A DNA stretch of 64,000 nt from Salisapilia sapeloensis CBS 127946. Its lineage: Eukaryota > Protista > Oomycota. Shown in pieces: positions 54,500 through 64,000 of this stretch. The stretch lies in contig JAADVB010000072.1 of assembly GCA_023334545.1 (NCBI GenBank), positions 1 through 64,000 of the forward strand. The letters are read 5' to 3'. Positions within the stretch are counted from its first letter, which is position 1; each line of letters opens with the position of its first letter. Under the pieces are notes generated by a model. It searched no databases and had not been told where the DNA came from. It saw nothing but the letters and a program-made list of their open reading frames with translations. The translations under genes and the position numbers were made by a program.

Positions 54500-54883
54500 T
54501 TATTCCTGGCTGACATCGTCGCTGTACTCGACGCTGTCGTCCTGGGAGTACTCAACGCTGTCGTCCTGGGCGTACTCGACACTGTCCTCACTGTACTCAA
54601 CGCTGTCATCCTCGCTGTACTCGACGTTGTCTTCGCTTTCAAGCTCGTTGCCAGACTCTCCCTTCTCACACTTGGTGGAAACCTTGTTACAGTGGAGACC
54701 AGTCTGGCACGGGTACATTGTGACATACACATCGGTGCTGTAGTAGCACGTCTTGCCTTCCGCAACCGGCTTCGGGAGCTTCTTGTTGGCGCTCACACGA
54801 AGGTGGACGTTGGACTGCTTCTCGGCAGCACCGGTGGCGACCGCAAGAGCGAGGACGGCGAGCGTGAGGAAAGAGGTCTTCAT
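54500..54883 (-). CDS. Small secreted protein, 127 aa: signal peptide, VHLR motif, four-Cys domain, acidic Tyr repeats
   Basis: MKTSFLTLAVLALAVATGAA signal, C-x12-C-x5-C-x6-C, five (S/A)(E/Q)D(D)(S/N)VEY units; INR-like TCTCATTTC just upstream. Confidence 0.82.
   Translation of the reverse strand: MKTSFLTLAVLALAVATGAAEKQSNVHLRVSANKKLPKPVAEGKTCYYSTDVYVTMYPCQTGLHCNKVSTKCEKGESGNELESEDNVEYSEDDSVEYSEDSVEYAQDDSVEYSQDDSVEYSDDVSQE
54524..54637 (-). repeat. Tandem 21/24-bp coding repeat, five copies (xxDDSVEY)
   Basis: Plus strand shows repeated GTACTC(A/G)ACGCTGTC(G/A)TCCT units. Confidence 0.9.
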
Positions 54884-55236
54884 TGCGGTAGTCAATTCCG
54901 GTTCAAATCAAGAAATGAGATCTTCCCCCAATCAGCCATTATCTGTCCCGAATAAGAGATTTCTCAACTATACTCTTTGTTGTAGTAACAGATTCTGTTA
55001 TATGGGACAAATGCAGTTAATGTGATCATGACAAAGTTGGCCTACCGGATGTGGGTTTATCATTTATGTAACTGTTTACAGTCTATGGCTGACTCTAAAA
55101 CATGTAAACGATGCTATTGTGAGAATGGATCGATAGTTCCCAAGAGCTCCGTTGTACCTGAAGTGGATTTTATATCGTATGAAACTGTATGGATACTACC
55201 GATAGCGTCATATTTTAATGCGACAGAGATGTGTAT

Positions 55237-56633
55237 TTATTGCAAAAAGCCTCCTTCTAGTTGCTCTAACTTTTCGTTTTGTTCCTGGATGATAAGTTTG
55301 TCTGCAAAGTCTTCAAACGACGACCCACCCATGACCTTATCAATACCTGTGATGCTAAAGTTGATGCGATGGTCGGACACGCGATCTTGTGGGAAGTTGT
55401 ACGTCCGGATACGCTCAGATCGACCTCCAGTCCCGATCTGAGAGCTCCTCATCTGCTTCTCTTTTTCCAATTCTTCCTGTCGCTGAGCATCCGCGACTCG
55501 AGCAGACAGGATACGCAATGCTTTTGCTTTATTCTGATGCTGAGATCGTTCGTCCTGGACAGAAGCCTGTAAACCTATCGATAGTTGACATCAATACGAG
55601 TCTTCTCATGCTACATGACGATGGACGTACCGGTTGGCAAATGAGTGGCACGAACAGCACTCTCCGTCGTGTTGACATGCTGTCCACCAGCACCACTGGC
55701 TCGGAAGACATCAATATTGACGTCTTTCATGTCCAGCGTTTCATCCTTACCCTCAGGGGCTTGAGGGAGCACGGCCACAGAAACGGTGCTCGTGTGGATG
55801 CGAATGTCATTCACCGGCACGCGCTGGACTCGATGGACACCACTTTCAAATTTCAGCTGTCCATAGACTGAATGTCCTGATAGCTCACAAATGGCTTCTT
55901 TCGCGCCACCGTTGATGGGATTCGTAGATAATGATAGGATGGAAAAAGACCAGGAGTGCGCCGCTGCCACTTTTTGATACATTTGCAGCAGTTCGGAGGC
56001 GAACAAAGAGGCTTCGTCCCCACCTGTTCCTGCTCGGATTTCTAGAATACAGCTCTTTTCATCATTTTCATCTTTTGGTAGCATTAGACGCTATTGTAAA
56101 AGAAGGTTAGTGTACATCTAGCATGGACGGAGTATGCATATAAACCTACGGTGACTGTGTCTTCCAGTTCTTCAATCTCCGATACGAGTTCTCGTCGCTC
56201 ATCTTGGGCCATTTTACGCAACTCGACACTGTCAGCGTCTTTGCTATCGTCATCTAGAATTTCGTCCAACTCCTCTATGGTAGACTGCTTTTGCTGCAAG
56301 TCGTTCGCAGCTGTCACCTTGGGCTCGAGCTCGGCCATCTCGATGGAAAACTTGGTCAAGTCGTCTGACGATAAGGACCCGTCATTTCTGTGTATATGTG
56401 ATGAAGATGAGCTATTTAAAGACGAGCAAATGAAATATTGCGTCGTACGTTGAAAGCGTCGTACTGAGTTCCTGGTGGCGCTGCTGCATCCACTCTATTC
56501 GGGACTGGATAGACGAATGGAGTGCCATCCACCTCTTCCAAATCACGTTCGTTGTGCTTGCAGTAGCAGCGACATTCGTATGAGCAGCTTGTACCGCCTT
56601 GTATGCATTTAGAGTGCGTCTTAATCGCAGCAT
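55237..56633 (-). CDS. MTRF1: Mitochondrial peptide chain release factor 1; exons 56633-56449, 56387-56150, 56090-55631, 55574-55237
   Basis: Arg-rich transit peptide, [81 protein letters not shown]. Confidence 0.93.
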
Positions 56634-57370
56634 TGTCGTTTGCAATTTCGTGTCCACAAGTTGTTGTCGGTTATGTGGAACACATCATCCAAGGTTTCCA
56701 ATTGGACCTTCTGGTAACCTAGGATAGTCCGCTTGCTCACGGGCTCTTCCAACGCGTAAAAGGTTACATGGTATCAAGAGCTGTAGAATCATTAAGATAT
56801 GCTAAAAAGTTGCTACCTTATTAGTGGCAAAGTTGACATCGTGTCCATTGAACCGAAGAAAAGTGGTGTGATAGCTTCATTGCTGCCCACTTCATAGATG
56901 GAGTCTCTGAATGCTTTCTGATCAGTGAGTATTAATGTGAACGATTTGGTGGATGAAGTGCTTAGATAAAGCTCCTTTGGGAACTGCGAAACTAGATCAT
57001 TTAAGAAAACTGGTTCTGATCTTGAAACGAAGGACCGACTCTAGTATCGTCGCACAGACTCATACCTTAATGAATCAGTTAGTAAGAACACATACTCAAT
57101 AGCTTTGCATGAAGATGTGCATACTGTAAAGCGCTCTTTTGGTTTGTACGGGCGAAGTCAAACCATTCGAAAGCTGAAGAATTAATGGCACAGACTAAAT
57201 ATGGAGCGATACGTCATAGCCAGAGTTGAAACACAGAAACTACTGCATAGTCATACTTGATCATGCTCATGATGCGACAGGAAAGCTGCGAGTACGTTAA
57301 AGGATTTTTATTTGTTATCCACTTCATGCGCAAGGGTGACATCGTTCGCAGCGTCCTTGTTTGCTTCCAT

Positions 57371-59169
57371 TTATGCTTGGGCTAGCGTTACCTTCATTGG
57401 CAAATCGCTGTCCACAGCCAATTCCACGCCGGGCATGGTGACGATTTGATTCGGATCCTCCTGCATCGTCAGGTCAAACTTGCTGAGAATAGAACACATC
57501 ACTATCTGCAGTTCAACGATCGCCATTCGCTGTCCAATGCATCGTCTCGGTCCAGTAAGCTACACTCACAAGCGACACCGTTAAATATCTGAATTAGTAT
57601 GAATGGTAGAAAGGAACGTACGAAGATCGGGAACTCAGTCGGTGTGAAAGCGATAATGCCTCCCGTCGACGAGTCAATCCAGCGCTCGGGCTTAAACTCA
57701 TTTGCGTCTTCACCCCAAACACTAGACAGGGCTCCAGTCGCTCGGATAGAAGTCATGACCTCCATGCCTTTTCCAATATACGTACCGTCACTCAGTGTAG
57801 TTGACTGAATGGCACCTCGCGTTGACATAGGAATAGACGAGTCTACACGAAGCGTTTCGCGGATGGTAGCCTCCAAGTAATGGAGCTGACTAACCTCTTC
57901 CACGGTTGGGATTTCGGCGTTTTCGCCCAGAAGGTGGGGAAATTTGCCCTTGATCTCAGCGCGGATTTTACTCAAAATCTCCGGATGACGATTCAGTTCG
58001 ATGAGGATCCATCCCATCGTTGTGCTTGTTGTCGCCGATCCAGCGAAAAAGAAGTTGAGAACCATGTCGCGCATCAAGGTAGCGTCCGCATCTAAGTTTC
58101 CTGTTTTTTCAGCTTCCTTTGCTTGATTGTCTAAGAAAAGAGTGATCAAGTCCTTTGAACTGGACGAGGAGCTGTCGGCGCCGTGGCCGTTTTGCATCTC
58201 TTGCTTCTTTTTATCGACAGACTTTTGGATGATATCGTAGATCAATCCATCCAAGTACTTTTTGCTCTTGGCAACTTCTGCCTCTTCACCAATACCAAAC
58301 ATACGTCGGAGTGCCCACAGCCATTTTGACTGTGAGAATCGAAGCAGCGTTCCATGGGAGAGGACGCGAATGCTTTCAATAAACTCACTCGTCTCCCCTC
58401 GCAATCCCTTTTGCATGCTTTCTAAATCAATGCCAAACCCAACCTAGTTTCACGAAAGTTAGTCAAATGATTTATACAAAGGTAGTAAATGTTTCTATAC
58501 CTGGGTAAAGACATCCGTTGTAAATTCCGTGAATGAGATTCGAGCAGGGACGACCGTACCGCGCTTCGCGTATTCATTTAAGACTTGGACGAATTCACGG
58601 CTGCGCTCCCGAATCGTCGTGTGCATGACATCTTTCATCATTTGCATGCTGAACAAGTGGGAAGCTGTCTTTCGTTGGAATTTCCATTGGTTGCCGACAC
58701 TGTTGACAATGCCGTATCCGAGCAAGTCGTACATGCGTTCAATTGCCAATGGGATTTTGACAAAGACGTCGCTCTGTTTTTTGTAAACATCTTCGATATG
58801 GTCAGGGGAAGAAAGAACAACCATTGAAGGTCTATTTAAAACTTCCATCATCCAAGGCTTCCCCCCCATTTCCTCGCATACTTGGGTTACCCATTCGCTC
58901 AACCTAGCGTACAAAATGCATTAGGCGTGCAATAAGGCTAATCAATCAGATGCCGAAACATACTGGTCACGATTGCTAGCAAGTTGTAGGGTACTACCCA
59001 AAAATGGCAGCGCTCCTTTTGGACGAGGCAGTGGTTTACCGTCAGGAGTGTAAGCACGAGGCTTTTGGTAGTACGATAAGAGCATGTATCCTGCCGCAAG
59101 TGGAAGCGCTACGACAGCCACCGATTGCGACGTAGAAAGCTGCTCGAACTTTTCCATAGCTCGGTCCAT
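57371..59169 (-). CDS. Cytochrome P450 (CYP86/704-like oomycete clan); exons 59169-58964, 58903-58501, 58443-57622, 57559-57371
   Basis: Membrane anchor, P-rich PRPKGALPFLG, WKFQRKTASHLFS, I-helix FFAGSATT, ETLR, FKPERW, and heme motif F|LTGPRRCIG formed across intron 3. Confidence 0.93.
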
Positions 59170-60377
59170 TGTCCTTTGATAGTAGGTGTCTTAAGCTGTT
59201 GATCGAAAGTTACGAAATGAAGATTTTAGCAGATCAGTTGCGGAGATCCAGCGTTGTGTCTACGTCAATATTTACAAACCGCTGGGAAAGTTTTGCACAG
59301 CGCTGCATACACATCGAAAGCATTGAGGCGTTTAAATTTCTTACGAATGGACACGATAATCAGTAGTCGCAATGCATCTTGGTGGATGTAGTACATCAGA
59401 AGCGACAGGAGATAGCAGAAAAGAGATGGCGTATGATTTGATTGATCTATTGATCTAAATACATTGACGTAGGTCTATTTTAGCGGTTGAGAGTTTAGAT
59501 ACCTTCTTTTCAAAATTGTGCTGATTGTCTATGGAAACCTAATGGATGCTTTGATGGTCGACGACGCCGGTACGTACGCCTGTCTCACTGTCGCAGTTTG
59601 CATCGCCGAGTTCATCACGACTGGAAAATGAGGAGACTTCAATTGCTTGGGTTGCTGATCTGACGTCAGTATGTGCTGCATTGAACTCCGGGGAAATAGA
59701 AAGGAGTTGGTAGTTCTAGCCGATTGCATATGCCACAGATACGGATAGCTGGTCGCTACGATTGTTAAAAGGAAGTCGACCAGTTCTGGTCCGGCTTCTA
59801 CCTAAATGCGGAGCAAGTTGGCCAAGCAACTAATCCGCCAAGGACGGATATGCATGCATATATAGTACAGTTCTGTAGTCACGGTTAGCTGTAGTCGAAG
59901 GATGAGTTGTAACTCATTGATAATGCGATCTCTTCATTAGTTTTGGACAGACATTAGGCTTTCTTCTTCTGCATTGTTCTCTACAGCAGACGAAGCTTTA
60001 TAACGTGCTAGGGCTGCAGCGAGGGAATTGAACATGGCAAGCAGGAAGAAATTTAGAAGCATGTCAGAGGCAAAGCATACCGGAAGGGATTGGTAGTGGA
60101 ATAATCAGACATGTTCAATTTGAACTACATCATGAATAGTTCAGCGTATAAAGTACACCTCCAAATTAAATAGTTGTTTACCGTTGATGACTGCATAGCT
60201 GCTTGTATGGCCTTACCAGAGCAAAGAAAGATGCGTGGACTCAGACTGTAGTATTGTTCTATTTATAAAGATCAAAGTCAACACCGTCTGGGTTGTAGCA
60301 GCGGACATGTATCTTTTGGTTTTTAGCTGAAGAGATGCAGACTATCGGTGAAGTCAATTTCCAGCGAAGCCTGCAAA

Positions 60378-60947
60378 TTAAAATCGTACAGATCTACAAG
60401 TCGCCCCAAGGTTGATCGAGGCGACAAGATTTACTAGCGTCGATGGTGGCATCATTATCTCGAGAACTGCAAGACATATGCTGGCGCGTTGATATTTCAG
60501 CACTCTCGAAAAGAATTCGCACATTAGATCATGCCGAGTAATCACTTTTCTAGTTTGCTTTACGTGCAATGGATGGCCCTGTACGGCAAGACGGCGATGA
60601 CTTCACCAACATGTCTTATGTCTAATGCCCGGCTCAAACATGGTTGCATCATCTGACGATACGAACGCATTTTGCTGGTCTCTGCAAAGGACAAACATCT
60701 TTTATTGCTACAACCAAATCCTAACATGCTCGGCTTTGTTCGTTTGATGGCGTTGGATATGTTGATGAAGTATGGTAACCAATCCCAAGCCTTTACTTGT
60801 AAAAGCTTGCTCTAGGCCAGTCCACTCTTGAAGCTCGAAGTCGTTGGAGGTGTACTTGTAGAAGCCACCAAGCGTCGGCAGAAGTAGCTGCTATGCCACT
60901 TGTCTTTGCCGCGAACAGTAATCGATTAGCTCCAGGGCGTTGTCCAC
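60378..60947 (-). pseudogene. Possible decayed coding sequence of unknown family
   Basis: One 190-codon frame with only four internal stops and a coding-like stretch QLLLPTLGGFYKYTSNDFELQEWTGLEQAF. Confidence 0.25.
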
Positions 60948-61748
60948 TTAAAGTCAATAGGAATGATTTTTGTTTGCCAAATGCTCAAGTCATGCAGTAC
61001 TAAGTGGTCGCAGTGACGATATGGAGTAAATGCTCATTTATAATATCAGCTTACTTTCACTCGAGTGAAGGAGCCAACTACTAGTGCGTTTGCAAGCCAA
61101 GGATTGAAAGTCAAATGGATCTCAATGTACATGTAAATGCACTGTTGCTCATGTAGAGCGGAGCATAGTGTTTGAAGCAAAGATAGAAGATTGGCTCGAG
61201 ACTTTCACATAAAGAAATTTCGCTTATGATTCGCGCTCAAGGCGAATAAACCCAGAAACCATGACGCATGAACATCAGCACAGACTAGAGCTTCAAAATC
61301 ATCGAGATCATGCAGATTATAGTAAACTAGGACTTCCATAGACAAGGTATTCTTAGATCGACGAATTTGCCAGGACTCAGAGCTATACTATTGTGCTGGA
61401 ACTACGGTATTTTAAATAGTGTGACCATGAAACTATATAGATAAGGTTGCTACAGACTGTTGTGATCGCAACTAGGTGCATTTGTTTGCACAACACCATC
61501 ATCTTTTGCGTGAATGTACCTAGGATGTTTCCTCAACAATGTCCGACGTTTCCACAGATTGCCAAGATCAGGATAGTATTATGCTGGCAAGTGCTGTACA
61601 TGTAGCATCGAGTAGCTTTTTACACCTCAGATGTACGCTCATACAGACTAGCATGTACATGTGATATCAACTTATCAAATATAAAGCTCCGTCGAGCCGA
61701 ACGATACTCGTATCGTACAATCTCCTCCTCTCTACCTGCTTGTCAAGT

Positions 61749-61822
61749 GATTGGCAACTAGATCTGATATCTGCCTTCGGATTGATAAAAATTCACCACG
61801 AAGCATTTTGATTGGCTATATT
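61749..61822. promoter_or_regulatory. Cluster of CCAAT-type elements upstream of the SNF2 gene
   Basis: GATTGGCAAC (61749), degenerate GATTGATAAAAATT (about 61780) and GATTGGCTATATT (61810), all within 120 nt of ATG 61869. Confidence 0.55.
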
Positions 61823-61868
61823 AGCATACACTTCGCTCGGAAGCATTTGTATTCAAAGAGGGAAAGAA

Positions 61869-64000
61869 ATGGTGGATGACATGGCAATTGACAGTGAGCA
61901 GGAGAGGATTGAAGTCGCATTGGAGTCTAGTGGTGACCAAATAGATGGCTCTGATGACGACAGTTCTGAAGAAGTAGAGCAAACGAGTGATGCGGACGGT
62001 TTGGAGGCTGCCATTCGCACGCGGAGCAACGGCAAGCGTCGCAGGCGCGATGTGCACCAAGATGAAGAGGAAGAAAGTAACACAGCGGAAGTAGAGGATG
62101 GGAATGAGTCTCCAGATCTCATGGACCCAACTGTTCGATCAAAAAAGAAGAAATCGAAAAGGAGCAAAAATGGCGGCAAGAAGCGGCGTCGTGATCTCGA
62201 CAATATTCTCGACGACGATGAACTAGCTCCTTCCACAGTGGATGCACGAGAACGAGAGTTAAAACGACAGAAAGAAGGGTACGCCGTTGTGGATGTTGAG
62301 GACGAGGAAATGAGTACGTCGCGAGATGAGAGCGACGGCGAGGCAAGAAAAAAGAAAGAGAAGCCGAAAGCAAACAAGATCTGCCTGAACCTTAGACGTG
62401 ACGGAGAAGTGCCTGAGAACCCTGTCTACGTGTCATCGGAAGTAGCAGACAAGTTAAAGCCGCATCAGGTCAAAGGCGCGCGTTTCCTCTGGAGTCACAT
62501 TGGTGTTGAAGGCGAAGGATTCGGGTGTGTGCTAGCAGATTTCATGGGTCTAGGAAAGACGCTGCAAGTTATTACCGTCGTCCAAGCGTTCATGGCGCAG
62601 AAAACAGAGCCCGAGGAGAAGCTGAGCGATGAGTCTCACTCTCCTTTCTACAGGATTGACATGCCGAAACGAAGAAAAGTGTTGATCCTCGCACCAACGA
62701 TTTGTGTTCGGAATTGGGAAGCAGAGGTGGTCAAGTGGCTCGGGAAGAAACGGACGAAGCAGATGCGAGTGGCGACGTTGGAGTCGAGTCGAGAGAAGAA
62801 GATGAAGGATCGGATTGACGCCGTCCGGAACTGGTACAGAGGTGGTGGGCTGCTCATCATGGGCTACGAGCTCTTTCGTCTCTTGGTGCTCCAAGGCTCC
62901 GGAGATGAAAAGATCGCAGCAGGGAACGCCAAGCACAAGAAGGAGATTGAAGCGGTGAAGAAACATCTATCCTCTCCCGACTTGATCGTCCTGGATGAAG
63001 GTCATCGCGTGCGTGATCGAAAGTCAAAGCTAGTGAAAGCCTTGGCGTATGTGGAGACGACGCGTCGGATCATCTTGACAGGCTATCCTTTACAGAACCA
63101 TCTGGAAGAGTACTGGACGATGGTAAATTTTGCTCGACCGGATTACCTGGGTAATTTGGAAGAGTTCAAGAACCGATTCATCGATCCGATTAAGAACTCC
63201 CAGTGTACCGACAGTAGCGCCACAGACATTAAGCTCGCGAGACAGCGAGCATACGTCTTGACGCAAGAGCTCAAGCCACTTGTGTTGCGTCGAGACCAGC
63301 AGTTTCTCTTCCGTCAGCTCCCACCGAAGAAGGAGTACGTTTTGCTCTGTAAGCTGACGAACGCGCAAGCGCAATTGTACCGGACGTTCTTGACGGACGG
63401 TGTGCCCAAGCGTCGTGGACTGATGCCAGGTATGGATGGCAAGATTGACGTCTTGGTCGGGTATCACATCTCGCTGTCCATTGCCAACCACCCGGACGTA
63501 CTGGCTCAAACGTTCCGTCAGCTACAGCAAGTCGCGAAGAACAAGGATCCTGCCGGCTTCCTACAGCGACAGGCGTTCAATGATGCGTCGTATGGTTCCA
63601 ACCAAGTGTCGAAAGAGTCGTCTGGCGTCGATGAGCTCGACATGTTTCTGCCTGAGCAACCTGCAGCTTCTGGTGGTCGACGTGTCGTGACGGACTCGTC
63701 GGACAATGACAGCGAGATTGAGATACTAGACGACATGTCTGGAGCAGAGGCAAACACCTTGTACCAGCCAGCCCACGCGTCCGCAGTCTTGAGCAAGTTA
63801 CACCGTCTGAGTTTTGCGGAAAAGTTCCTCGAGACGTACAAGGCGAATCAAGTGGAAGCGAGTGGCAAGTTTATGATCCTGATGGACCTCTTGCGGGAAT
63901 GTAAAAAGGCTAACGACCGTGTGATTCTTTTCTCTCAGAGCATTCCGACGTTGAACACGGTCGAGTTGATGCTGGAGGAGAACAACAAGCACAATCTTCC
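61869..64000 (+). CDS. SNF2-family ATPase, ATRX/RAD54L2-like; runs off the window end (absent from the ORF track)
   Basis: Translated by hand: acidic/basic N-terminus, LKPHQVKGARFLW, LADFMGLGKTLQ, LIVLDEGHR, LTGYPLQNHLEEYWTMVNF, SGKFMILMDLL...DRVILFSQS. Confidence 0.92.
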   Translation, partial: MVDDMAIDSEQERIEVALESSGDQIDGSDDDSSEEVEQTSDADGLEAAIRTRSNGKRRRRDVHQDEEEESNTAEVEDGNESPDLMDPTVRSKKKKSKRSKNGGKKRRRDLDNILDDDELAPSTVDARERELKRQKEGYAVVDVEDEEMSTSRDESDGEARKKKEKPKANKICLNLRRDGEVPENPVYVSSEVADKLKPHQVKGARFLWSHIGVEGEGFGCVLADFMGLGKTLQVITVVQAFMAQKTEPEEKLSDESHSPFYRIDMPKRRKVLILAPTICVRNWEAEVVKWLGKKRTKQMRVATLESSREKKMKDRIDAVRNWYRGGGLLIMGYELFRLLVLQGSGDEKIAAGNAKHKKEIEAVKKHLSSPDLIVLDEGHRVRDRKSKLVKALAYVETTRRIILTGYPLQNHLEEYWTMVNFARPDYLGNLEEFKNRFIDPIKNSQCTDSSATDIKLARQRAYVLTQELKPLVLRRDQQFLFRQLPPKKEYVLLCKLTNAQAQLYRTFLTDGVPKRRGLMPGMDGKIDVLVGYHISLSIANHPDVLAQTFRQLQQVAKNKDPAGFLQRQAFNDASYGSNQVSKESSGVDELDMFLPEQPAASGGRRVVTDSSDNDSEIEILDDMSGAEANTLYQPAHASAVLSKLHRLSFAEKFLETYKANQVEASGKFMILMDLLRECKKANDRVILFSQSIPTLNTVELMLEENNKHNL

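Noticed and set aside
54797-54808. VHLR as a canonical RxLR effector motif
   Set aside because: It lacks the first Arg and a true EER, and the protein has disulfide-type Cys typical of apoplastic proteins. Kept only as a motif of interest.
46604-59169. PTGES2 plus CYP450 as an oxylipin biosynthetic cluster
   Set aside because: About 10 kb apart with unrelated genes between them, and no cyclooxygenase or lipoxygenase in the window.
1-64000. Prokaryotic systems (CRISPR array, operons, IS elements, defence islands), rRNA or tRNA genes
   Set aside because: Spliceosomal introns and eukaryotic gene families occur throughout. No spaced direct repeats, TIR/LTR pairs, tRNA cloverleaf with T-loop, or rRNA motifs were seen.

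Overview
Eukaryotic nuclear DNA, almost certainly from an oomycete (the genus cannot be determined from this window). The evidence is GT-AG introns of mostly 48-62 nt with CTAAC/CTAAT-like branch points, oomycete-type CCAAT and INR/FPR promoter elements, and oomycete-typical families (M96-like, START+FYVE, PX-like+RING, elicitin-like domain, PH-ankyrin-AGC kinase). About 29 protein-coding genes can be modelled, many needing splicing that the ORF track does not show. They include a full-size ABCB transporter, NIF phosphatase, Nopp140, N6AMT1, CAP protein, MYG1, CPT1-like, NSUN6, PFAS, SWEET, GIN-domain adhesin, ADPGK, PTGES2, AP-3 beta, mitochondrial RF1, a CYP450 and a truncated ATRX-like SNF2 ATPase. 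I found no convincing rRNA, tRNA, CRISPR array or intact transposon. The best novelty candidate is a four-exon gene at 37162-39025 that fuses an elicitin-like six-Cys ectodomain to a transmembrane helix and an intact TKL kinase, i.e. a possible single-chain sterol/lipid-sensing receptor kinase. It sits beside a SWEET transporter and a GIN adhesin. Other candidates are a small secreted Cys-knot protein with five acidic Tyr (DDSVEY) repeats, a protein with five SH3b-like modules, a CYP lacking the I-helix acid residue, and a mitochondrial RF1 with PVN instead of PxT. All family calls come from motif recognition by eye; no database search was run.
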